NCBI GenBank assembly: GCA_002104945.1
Contig: MCFH01000029.1
Span: forward strand, 62,001 to 126,000
Source of the DNA: Piromyces finnis finn
Taxonomy: Eukaryota; Fungi; Neocallimastigomycota
Reading direction: 5' to 3'
Length of the DNA stretch: 64,000 nt
Position numbers and translations under genes: made by a program. Positions 18,105 through 32,518 of this stretch are shown here, in pieces. Positions within the stretch are counted from its first letter, which is position 1; each line of letters opens with the position of its first letter. The notes below the pieces were generated by a model. That model had not been told where the DNA came from. It did not search any database and worked only from the letters and a program-made list of their open reading frames with translations.

Positions 18105-19884
18105 TTACTTCTTTGATTTAGTGGTTTTGGTGGATTTCTTTGTAGCTGATGAGGAAGACTTCTTTTTAATAGTTTTCTTTGGAGCAGCAGCAGTTTTAGT
18201 GGTAGTCTTCTTAGTAGTGGCAGCAGCCTTTTTGGTTGGGGCAGCAGCCTTCTTAGTTGGGGCAGCTTTCTTAGTAGTGGTAGCAGCCTTTTTGGTGGTA
18301 GTAGCAGCAGCCTTCTTAGTAGTAGCAGTGGTAGGCTTCTTCTTTTCAGCAACCTTCTTGGCAACTGGTTTCTTAGCCTTTGGCTATTTAAAACATTTTT
18401 TATTTATAAAAGATTTAAAAAAAAAAAGGTATTTAGTAAAGCTTTGCTCTTACACCTTTTTTTAGCATTACATAATTGATAAACGCATTAATGATTATTA
18501 AATAGATTTGTTATTGATAATATCAAGTATATATATATATTATTGTATAATTTTTAATTTATATAATTTTGGTTTTAAATAATTAAATTTTTAATAATCA
18601 TAGGCAATTTTTATCCAATCAAAATTTAGAATTTATATGAATGGATGATTATTCTGTGTATTATTCCACTCATTATCATCAAAATAATAAAATGTTCAAA
18701 GAATTATTATTAAAAAGGTGTGTAATTACTTTTTCTTGCTTGAATAACTTGTATGAGTTAGAGTGACCTTGTGGGCAATATATAATCTTTTGTTCTAAAC
18801 CACGCTTTAAAGTTAAGTTGATTTGCTTAACTTTATTTTTTTAATTATATATCATAAAAAATAAATTTATTATATCAAATAAAAAAAAGGGGGAGGACAA
18901 TAAATATTTTTTAGTATTTTAAATTATTTGATTGTTCCTAATAAATTATTTAATTTCAAAACATACTAGCAACAGATTCAATAAGAGTGTACTTGGAAAG
19001 AATGTACTTCTTAATAGCTATTAATCATAATCATAATAAAATCAATTAGTATTTCCTTTACAATAAACTATTCTTTTTTTAAAAAAAAAAAAGTCGATTA
19101 AACATATTTAATAATTACCTTGTCTACTGGAACCAGTACGGTCCTTTTTTAAAAAAATTATTTCAAAAAATAAAATTAAAGATATATGTTATTTAGTTTT
19201 CATTTATTTATAAATTTTATTTTTATTCTATTGTGAACGTAAAATAAAAACCATCTTCTACCTTTAATTCAATAATAGCCTCTGTTATATAAATATAAAA
19301 TTTTTAAAAAATAGTATTAATATTATTAAGTTATTTTTATATCTTATATATTTTAATTATTATTGTTGTTGTTAAACTAGTTCAAAAGATTATAAAAAAT
19401 TTTTATTACCTCTATAATTATTTTAATTATTTTTTTATAAAAAAGTAATTAAATTGATTTAACAATTATAATAAATATTTTATGATTAATATAATGGTCA
19501 AATGATGTTCAATTAATAATAAAATCATTATTTCTGAATTAACAAAACGTTGAATATAGATAATAATGATATAAATGAATTATCTTTGATTTATATAAAA
19601 ACATTTTATACAGTATAAGATATTCAACATTAAAAATTAAAATTTGTACCTGATCATATCCCTATATTTTAAAATAAACATTAAAATAATTCATTAGTCC
19701 TATAGATTATTTTTTTATTACATAAATAAAACTATTTTTTATCTTTTTATTAAAGAGATATAATACTTCAACAAAAAGAGAAAAAAAACAATAATAATTA
19801 AAATTCCTACATGTATTTTGGATGGTCTGGTTGGCTTTTAGCATCCTTAGTAGCAGTCTTTGTAGTATTCTTAGCAGCAGCCAT
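18105..19884 (-). CDS. Linker histone H1; 8 exons including 12-, 2-, 20- and 25-nt microexons
   Basis: Exons 19884-19811, 19661-19650, 19411-19410, 19281-19262, 19143-19119, 19017-18967, 18830-18730 and 18383-18105, all GT-AG. They give [54 protein letters not shown]...KQINLTLKRGLEQKIIYCPQGHSNSYKL followed by a K/A/T-rich tail. This is a classic GH1 winged helix (HPxYxxMI..[15 protein letters not shown]). Confidence 0.93.
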
Positions 19885-21089
19885 TTTCTTTATTTATTTA
19901 TAGTAATAGTAAAATAAAAAAAATAAAAGGAAATAAAAAGAAGAGACCATTAATAAATATTTAATTTATTTTTGAATTATAAATTTGAAAAATTTTATAG
20001 TTTGTTTTTTTTAATTGAGTAATGTCAATGTTTAATTTTCTTTCCATTGCTTATTTTTTTATACATATCACATATATATAAATATATATAAATATATTAT
20101 GTTTTTATTCAAAAAGAAAAATAGCATTCCATGATACATACACTTTTTTTTTGATATTATATTTAAAAATATAGTTTAGTTGTTAGTAACAAAAAATAAA
20201 GTATCTTCTTCCTAAAAGATAATAAATATGATGGTCTTTACAAGTAGAGTTCAAAATATAAGATATATTTTGTGTGTAAAGTTTCGTTTTTCTTTTATAT
20301 ATCAAAAAGGTTTCTATTTTAAAGTGGTGTTAGAAACTTTTTTTTTTCAAGAGTTACTGTTCTCTTTTGATTAAAAAATTGATTCTTAAAAATTAAGAAA
20401 GAAAAGAAAGAAAAAAAAAAAAGGAAAAAAAGGTGTGGTGATATAAAAATTATTTGATATTAAAATTTCATTAATTATTATGATTCAATAATTTTTTTTT
20501 TTTAATAGTAAATACTAATAAAATTATAATAAAATTATTATATTAGAACGATATAATAAATAAATAAATAAATAAATAAATAGATTTCATAGTTAAATAA
20601 ATACATCCATAATTTAATATATGAGGAATTATATTGAAGTCATAGAAAAAAGATTATATTTTATTAAAATAAATAAATAAATAAATAGATTATATATCAT
20701 TCTATATAATTTTTAATGTAAAAAAGTATAAAACATATTTTAATTAAATTTTTAATTAATTTATATATTATAAAATGATATATAAAATAGTAATGAAATT
20801 GAATAGAAGTAATATTTCATACATATATTATAAATAGTATTTTATATATATAATTTTTAGATGTGTAATTTTGTTAATTGAAAAGAGGCATATATTACAT
20901 TATATTAGAAATATTAAATTTTATATATTATTATTTAAATGCAAAGGGTTAAGGTTTGATAAATCTAAAAAAATAACCCTTGAAAGAGAGGGGGAGTTAT
21001 ATCCTATAGATAAACCCAGCCAGTCTTTTTTTAAAAAAAAAAGTCTTTACTCATTTGTAAAAGAGAATAGCAAAAAAAAAAAAAAAAAA

Positions 21090-21259
21090 GATGAAGATGA
21101 AGATGAAGATGAAGGTGGAGGTGGAGGTGGAGGTGGAGGTGGAGATGAGAGATTTTTTAAAATGAGTGAAAATCTCTAATAAAAAAAAAAAAGGATTAAA
21201 ATATTTTATTTTATTTTATTTTATTTACAAAATTATAAAAGTTCCCCCCCCCCCCCCCC
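21090..21259. repeat. (GATGAA)4-(GGTGGA)5 hexamer run followed about 100 bp later by a C16 tract
   Basis: Read directly: 21090-21143 hexamers and 21244-21259 poly-C, in the intergenic region between the divergent H1 and TTLL1 genes. Confidence 0.9.
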
Positions 21260-21968
21260 TCAAATTAACTTTTATTTTTTTATATTCTTGTGTATGATCA
21301 TTTTTATATATCATATAATTGGTTAGTAATCAGCATACCTATACATAATATTAAGAATAATCATTTACAACAACAAGTGAAATAAGGCAGTATTGAATAA
21401 AATGCCATTATAATAATAATAATAAATAAATAAATAAAAAAAGAACGATGCTGAAATATTCATTACTAAAAATAAAATAGTTATAAATATTTTATGGTAG
21501 CTTTCAATTATAAAAATTGGAATTTACCCATTAAAACATTTTTTTTTTTTATAATTAAAATAAAATAGGAAATGAAAGGATGATAAAATTTTAATAATAA
21601 TAAAAAAGTAAAAAAAATATAAAAAAAAGTATAGAAAATTAAAAAAACAAACAAATATTCTTATATCTATATATTTTGATATTATAGTGTAAACTATTTA
21701 AAATGAATAGATTTTTACTAGTATTCTAATTCTTTGATAATTATTATTTAACTAAAATTTAATCATTATTTCACTGTATGAGCAAATGAAAGAAAAAAAG
21801 AATGTTATTCATAAAAGTCAATGGTTTTAAACCATTAAAAGGTCTTATGAGAGTGTATAGGAATAAAGGATTAATATTAATATTTTATAAAGGATTAAAG
21901 CATTCTATTCTACAATTTTTTTATATATTATTTAATTTAATTATTCATGAATTTTATATTTATTAATT

Positions 21969-22000
<32 letters not shown>

Positions 22001-23748
22001 GCTAGAGTTGTCCTTCTTTTTTTATAAAATTTTTAATATTTATTTTATTGATAAAAAAAGTTATACATTGAAATAGAAATAGAAAAAAAAAATAACATTT
22101 TAAAAAGAATAAATGAATAATTGTTTTCATTTTCATTGAAAATGCTTTATTGATAGAAACCTTTAATAATGAATTATTAATTTTTTTTATTTATTCAAGA
22201 AATGAATTATATTTATTCAAGAAATGAATTATATTTATAGTATGACTGTTATTTGTTATTAAATGTTATTTAAACTTTTTTTTTTTTTTTGATAAAAATA
22301 TAAAAAATATAAAAATACTATTATTCTAATTATTATTATTATGTTTATTTTAAAAAACTAATTCTCGTTGCATATAGTTTTTCAGTTGTATGACTAAATT
22401 TAAAAAAAATACCAACCACCAACAATTATCAAAGTTTTTTTTTTTTAAATAACTAGATAAGGTTGGTGTATTATCTTTTATTATAAAGTATTTTATTTTA
22501 ATATTGTTTACATGAGATTAATATCTTGATAAAGCCATATATTGTTGAATTAAAAAAAATTGATTTATATTAATTGTACGAATAACCAATAATAAATACA
22601 TACGTACTTTGTATAAGCCATATACAACTTTAATTCTTGATAATAATAGTGAATACTCTTAAACATGAAAAAAATATTTCGGGATTTAAACTTTAATGAA
22701 ACTTCTTTTTTTTTTTTTATTAATTTGTTTGTTTGTTTGTAATTTTTTTTTTTGTAGTATTTGTCTATACATATATATTGATATATATTGATCTATGATT
22801 TATTAATTATCTAATAATTTATTTGATAAGTATGATATTATATTTATAATATTTTTAAGTAAAATATAAATTAAAAAAGGTGAAGCTACTCTTTTCCTTA
22901 AATATTCAAAACTTTCAACAAGAAGAATTTTTTGATGAAATACTTAAAAATTGTATTAAATATTAATAAGAATTTATTTTTTTTATTAAAAAAGTTTATT
23001 TTCCAAATAAAAAACAACTATATAGATATATAAAAAAAAAGAGATGGTTATATCTTTTTTAAAGAATCAATCTATATAATATAAAATACTTTTTATATAT
23101 TAAACATCTTAATATAATATAGTATATAGTTCATCCTTTTTTTTTTTTATTTTTTTTATCCTTTTTTATTATTTACTTAGTGTTTTATTTTATTAATTTC
23201 TTATTACTTTTTTTATAAAAAAGATATTACATGTAGTATTACTATTCTATTTTTTCTTATGCTCATTATGTAAATAACATATATTTTTTTTATAAAATAT
23301 TTAAAAATCTTTACATTTTAATTATTGTATTGTAGTTTAATATGCGATGAAAAGAATAAAAGAACCATTTATATTTTAAATTTACTTTTTTGTATTTTAA
23401 TATGCTTTTATTAATGAAGCAGATATCCTATTTCTCATCTTTTTTTTTTTTAATTTAAAACATCATTAAAATCATTTTTTGATAAAAAAAAAACTTTAAT
23501 TTAAATAAAGTTTAATGAATTCATTAAATAGATACAACAAAATTTTACTGCTGATTATTTATATTATTTATATGTAATATTTTAAAGTTTTAAATAAGAA
23601 AAAAACGAAAATAATTTAGTAATAAAGATAAAAATCATATAATAATTATAAAGAATAATAAAGAAAAGAATAATAGACAATCAATTAGCATTAATATATC
23701 AAGTCAAGATAAAGAAAAAAAAATAATTATTTTATAACACTATTGAAA

Positions 23749-26715
<2,967 letters not shown>

Positions 26716-27758
26716 ATCACTTGATTCATTTAATGAATAATATTATTTTTTTTTAATGCAAAAAAAAAAAAAAAAAAAAAAAAACTAGCACCTATAGATA
26801 CCAAAAAGAAATGATATTTCTATATAATAATATTATAGAAATATTCAATCTTAAATATATAAAATTTATATACTATTTTTTATACCTATTACCTATACTT
26901 TTTGAAAATTTATATAAAATTTTCAGAACTATATTTATTTATTTAAGAAATAAAAAAAATAGAATTATTATTATCGACACTTTTATATACCTACACTATT
27001 AAAAAATAATAGTATTATATAATGAACTATAAAGGATACAAATATAACTTTGTTAATTAATATTTATAATAATAATAAAAAAAGAAAAATCTAAACAAAT
27101 TAATATATAATATATAAAAAGAATACCATTCCCTAAACTACAAAAAATAAAGAAATTTGATTTAATTTTTGAAAATTTTTAGATGGCCATATCCTACCAA
27201 ATAATAGTTTAATGAAAAAGAGAAATTATTTCCATATATTTTTTTTACTAAAAACATGATTATTGTTTTAAATATAAAGAGTATAATAAAATAAAAAAAA
27301 AAAAAAAATTAAATTTCAATTGAAAAAAAAATTTATAATAACAATTTAACATTCTTAAATATATAGTATAATGAAATAAAAAGAAAAAAAATTAAATTTC
27401 AATTGAAAAAAACATTTATTTATAATAACATTTTAACATTCTTTTAAAGTATAATTTTTAATTTTTTTTATTAATTTTTTTAAGTTAAAATTTTTTCTTT
27501 TAAAGAAATGAATATATAAAATTAAAATGGTTTAATATAATTTTTTTTATGTGTCAAAAAATTATTATTATTTATTATATTAATAAAATAAAAAAAATAA
27601 TTAAAATGATTTTGATATACGCGATTTTTCTTTACAAAATAGTAATTATGATATTATTTTTTTTCTTTACATTAAGATATATAATTATTTTTTTTTGTTG
27701 TTATTTATTGTTGTTGAATAAAAAAAAATATTTAATTCCTGATGATAAATTTGTACAT

Positions 27759-29903
27759 TTACCATAACCAGAATCTTGATTTCTTTTGTTTTTCAGCTGG
27801 GTGGTTTGGTGGAACGTAAACCCAAACTTCATCTTCAATAGATCTTAAGGAGAAGTTTCTTCTTCTGATACTACGCATAATCTTTTTGTGTTCTTCATCC
27901 CACCAAATATTTTTGTTACTGTTAGCACTACCATAGTATTTATTCTTCATTGGGTTAGTGTATTTCTTTGAATAGGCAGAGGAATTGATTTCTTCATCAT
28001 TTTCTTCACCACACTTCTTGAATTTCTTGATACTACATAAAAGTTTGGCGTATTGATCATCATTTGTGAGTCTTTGATGAACTTGTTGAACAATGTAAAC
28101 CTTTTCACGAGATTGGTTACATACATCATTTGCAGTTTTATTTAATAATTCTAAGGAAATATCTTTTTCATTGGAAACACGAGTACCACCAATAGCTTTT
28201 GGAATATCTTCTAAGGCAACCTTACGTAATGGACGATGATTTTTGATTTCTAAAACAAGTTGTTCTGGGAATGAAAGCTTAAGTGGAGCTTCCTTCTTGG
28301 TAATAGGTACAGTTTTTCTAAGGGTAATATCACGATTCTTAATTTCCCAAATAATTTGTTGAATTGGACTAAGAGATTTTGGCATTTCTTTTTCGATTTT
28401 CTTGCATTCCTTCTTAGTTTCCTTAATATTCTTAAGAATATTGGAATTTTGTAATTCCCAGGCCATATAACCACGAGAATTAAGATTGGAACGAACAGCT
28501 GGTTCTTGAGTCTTCTTTAAGATAATTTTATGGTTTTTAATTTCATAAAGTAACATATCCTTTAAGGTGGATGGAGTCTTCTTGTTGTCCTTAATAGAAG
28601 ATGGAACCTTGTTAAGCTTGTTATTAAAGTTTTTAATTTCATACATTAATAAACAGTGATTGTTCATTTTAGTTGGAGCACATAACATACTGTTGGTTTT
28701 CTTGCTTTTTTCCATCTTCTTGTTCTTGCTCATTAATTCATTCATAACCTTTTCGTGAGCATTGATGATTTCATCTGGATATTCATTAGTTTTTTCAACC
28801 ATCATTGGAACAAATGTGAAATCATCATCATCTTCTATCTTGAAATTAATTTTTTTGGTGGTCTTCTTTTCAAAGTCCATCAATGGTCTTGGTGGTGGAA
28901 CTGGAATACTCTTCTTTTCAAAGTCCATCAATGGTCTTGGTGGTGGAACTGGAATACTCTTCTTTTCAAAGTCCATCAATGGTCTTGGTGGTGGAACTGG
29001 AATACTCTTCTTTTCAAAGTCCATTAATGGTCTTGGTGGTGGAACTGGAATGCTCTTTTTTTCAAAGTCCATCAATGGTCTTGGTGGTGGAACTGGAATA
29101 CTCTTCTTTTCAAAGTCCATCAATGGTCTTGGTGGTGGAACTGGAATACTCTTCTTTTCAAAGTCCATCAATGGTCTTGGTGGTGGAATTGGGATATTCT
29201 TCTTTTCAAAGTCCATCAATGGTCTTGGAGGTGGAATTGGGATATTCTTCTTTTCAAAGTCCATCAATGGTCTTGGTGGTGGAATTGGGATATTCTTCTT
29301 TTCAAAGTCCATCAATGGTCTTGGAGGTGGAATTGGGATATTCTTCTTTTCAAAGTCCATTAATGGTCTTGGAGGTGGAATTGGGATATTCTTCTTTTCA
29401 AAGTCCATTAATGGTCTTGGTGGTGGAATTGGAATATTTTTCTTTTCAAAGTCCATTAATGGTCTTGGTGGTGGAATTGGAATAGTACTTTTTGGCTTTC
29501 TAATTCTTAAACGAATTATTGGTTCAAGAATTTTAAGAATTGGTGGTCTTGGTGGTGCAATTGGAATACTCTATTATTTGTTGAATTTTTTAACATTTTT
29601 ATTTATTTAATTATTTTTTTTTTTATTGAGGTGTCAATTTTAAAATAATTTAACATTTATATATACAATAATATAAATTAAGTCCATATGATAAATATTA
29701 AAGTTATTTATTTTATATGATATTATGATGAAATTTACCTTTACAATTTTTTTAATAATACTCTCATTTGGAATAGTAATGATTTCATATTCTTCTTCAA
29801 CATTTAAAGTGTTGACCTTATAATCTTCAAAATCATATTTATTTCTTAATTCACAGATTAAAGTACTGTGAATGTTTTCAGTATTATATTGTTCCATTTT
29901 CAT
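27759..29903 (-). CDS. Proline-rich tandem-repeat protein with five WH2-like motifs (about 658 aa, 2 exons); putative actin regulator
   Basis: Exon 1 is 29903-29739 (55 codons, phase-0 donor GTAAAT). Exon 2 is 29570-27759 (acceptor TAG), in frame with ORF 27759..29456. It contains 12 x MDFEKK(N/S)IP(I/V)PPPRPL, then motifs of the form L..EIKN....L(K/R)K(V/T). Confidence 0.8.
28863..29483 (-). repeat. Coding minisatellite, 48-bp unit (16 aa), 12 full copies plus partial flanks
   Basis: Successive ATGGACTTTGAAAAG starts run from 29456 to 28880 = 576 nt = 12 x 48. Six N/I-type units are followed by six S/V-type units. Confidence 0.97.
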
Positions 29904-31129
29904 TGTATTTATATGTATTATATATTAAAAGTTTATATATATCTTTTTTTCCTTTGCTGTTGTTAATGTGTATTGTTTTAATGAAAGTTTTTTCTATAAA
30001 TAAACTATTTTTATAACTTTCGAAAATAATTATTCAGTGTATTAAAATTTTTAATAATATTATTTTGTTAAATATTATTATTTTTAAAATAGCATAATTA
30101 CAATTTGTATTTTTTTTCTTTACAAAAAATTATTTAATATTGATATCTGGTTCTATAATAAAAAGGGTAACTGTATCTATATAATATATGCAAATTACAG
30201 GTATACCCTTTTTATTTTTTTTTTATAATGAAAATTTGTGGGATTTTCTATATACTAATTTATGACTTTTTTTTTACTTTTTTATTTTTTGTAGGTGTAT
30301 ATTTTAAAATAATAATTTAATATTATTTTTATATATATATTTTACAAATGCTTCTCTCTTTCTCCTTATTTCTCTCTACTATTTTTTTTTTTGTAAAATA
30401 AAAAAAAGATAAAGTTAAAAAAAAAAAAGAAAGAAATATTTTACTTTTTATTTTAATCTATCATAAATTACAAAACAAATAATTAAAGATAATTATATTA
30501 ACATTAATAATTAAAAAAGTATTAATAAAACTTGTTCTATTCAAAAGTTATTTTTATTTGATAATTAAAAAATACATTGAATTGAAAGCATTAAAGTTTT
30601 CTTTATATTAAATTAAAATAAAAAAGGAAATATTTAATTTATTTTTAAAGTTTGTTTTTTAAAATTTCAAAACTTTAATTATTAATTAAATTATATTAAT
30701 GATATATTAAAATACCTAAAATAATAGTATAAAAACAATGTATTGAATAATATATATTAAACTATATTTAATCAAATTAAATATTATGAAAGGTCACTGT
30801 TGATTGGAATAAAATAAACAAAAATACTTTGAATTTAAATAAGTTACTTATATTACTAATTAACTACAATATATAAAATTTATATTGTATAACATTTCAC
30901 AAGAAAACATGCGGTTTCAATAAAAATAACATATATTTATTTATACCACTCGTTTGATTGGTTAATCATAATTGAAATATTTGATTTTAATATTAAGTAT
31001 AATAATTTATCTTATAGTTAAAAGATATAGTCAAAAAAAATAAAAGCTTATAGATCACTATACAGATATACAGATTACATTAATTATAATAATTATTAAA
31101 ATTTATTTAATATAATAATTGAAAAGATA

Positions 31130-31660
31130 ATGGAACTCATATAATCTCAAAAAAAGGAGATACCTATTATATCTTCTAAAAGAAATAATATAACCACATC
31201 AAATTGGTGATGCTAAAAGACATGACTTATTATTGGCTTATCATAGGTTTTGCTATACTCTTGATATTATTCAAATGGAATGACTGATTTATGGATATAT
31301 ATGCTATTTGGTTCCTATTCATATAGGAATGAGTTTTTCCAGACAGTTTTCATTATCAATCCAATTTATTATTGTACAAATCTGATCAATCAGACGCATG
31401 TGTCGAGTTTCGGATATAATTACAAACCTTGCTGCAACATTTATGTTCATTGGTATTGGCTTCTATTTTGTTGTTCGAGAGGAAAGTGTCATACTATTAG
31501 CCTGCATAATGTTCAGTTGTCTCGAAGGCACTGCTCATAGCCAATTCAGTACAAAAGCTTATCTTTGCTTTAAGAGGACAGGTAAAACAACCATTTATGG
31601 TCAATGCTCCTTAATAGTTTACTTTTACTTTGATTTCTTTGCAATTCTTATTTACTAACT
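31130..31660. other. Higher-complexity, GC-elevated island with broken reading frames; possible decayed gene or TE fragment
   Basis: Coding-like composition without homopolymers inside very AT-rich flanks. It has short ORFs with hydrophobic stretches (TNLAATFMFIGIGFYFVV...) and many stops. No family recognised. Confidence 0.3.
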
Positions 31661-32483
31661 TCTGTATTTTAGAACGTCAAATTGTTGTTACGAATTAAAT
31701 TATTTGCCTTTTTTAGTTAATTTTAATGACAAGTGGATTAATAATTTTAACTAAAAATTTACTTAAAAAAGAGAGATATCAAATACTTTTTTAAGACGAA
31801 TGGCTTTTATGACTATTATGATCATTTCTTGTAATAATGCAAGCTGATCCTTAAAAATACTTAATTATTATTATTTACATATTATACATATATTATTTAA
31901 TATAAAAAAATTAATTATTATTAATTAATAAATCTAAATCAAAAAAATATATTAATTTTATTAAAAATAAAAAAAAAATTAATTTAAAAAATATATGTAA
32001 CAAAAAATAAAAAGTAATAAATAAAAGAAATAATAATAGTAATAATTGTTTTTAAATTATTGAATAAAGAATAAATTAGTTATTATGTTATTTTTTATTT
32101 CACATCAACACTAACATAATTGATTATGTTAGTGATTAAGAAATAATTAATAATAAAGAAATGGATGTTAAAATTTCAACAATAAAATTAATTATATAAT
32201 GGTATTTAAAGTTTTCATATCTAAAAATAGAATTTTTGATAGAAATTTACTTACCATCATTGATTCCTAAAAATAATTAGAATTATTAATAATCCTTTCT
32301 TTCATTTGAATGAATGAATATTGCTGATGAAAAATGTATCATGTGTTTTTCCATCATAAAGATTTTTGAATTATTATACCGTTTTTCCTATCTTGTTTAT
32401 ATAATGACTCAAATTGTCACAAATTAATTTGTAAAAAAATGATTTAAGAAAAACAAATTGTTATCGAATCTATTTTTATTATA

Positions 32484-32518
<35 letters not shown>

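Noticed and set aside
18079-18465. ORF-track entries 18079..18465 (+) and 18086..18364 (-)
   Set aside because: Antisense and wrong-frame readings of the H1 K/A/T-rich tail exon (18383-18105).
20871-21179. 102-aa ORF containing DEDEDE-GGGGG
   Set aside because: TTG start, poly-K from an A-run, no splice partners found. Treated as a repeat rather than a gene.
28863-29483. CRISPR-like appearance of the regular 48-bp array
   Set aside because: No unique spacers, the array is in-frame coding, and the context is eukaryotic.
28755-29610. Long + strand ORFs (282, 200 and 90 aa) over the 48-bp array
   Set aside because: Antisense shadows of a stop-free repeat unit. The minus-strand ORF continues into unique sequence and has a spliced first exon.
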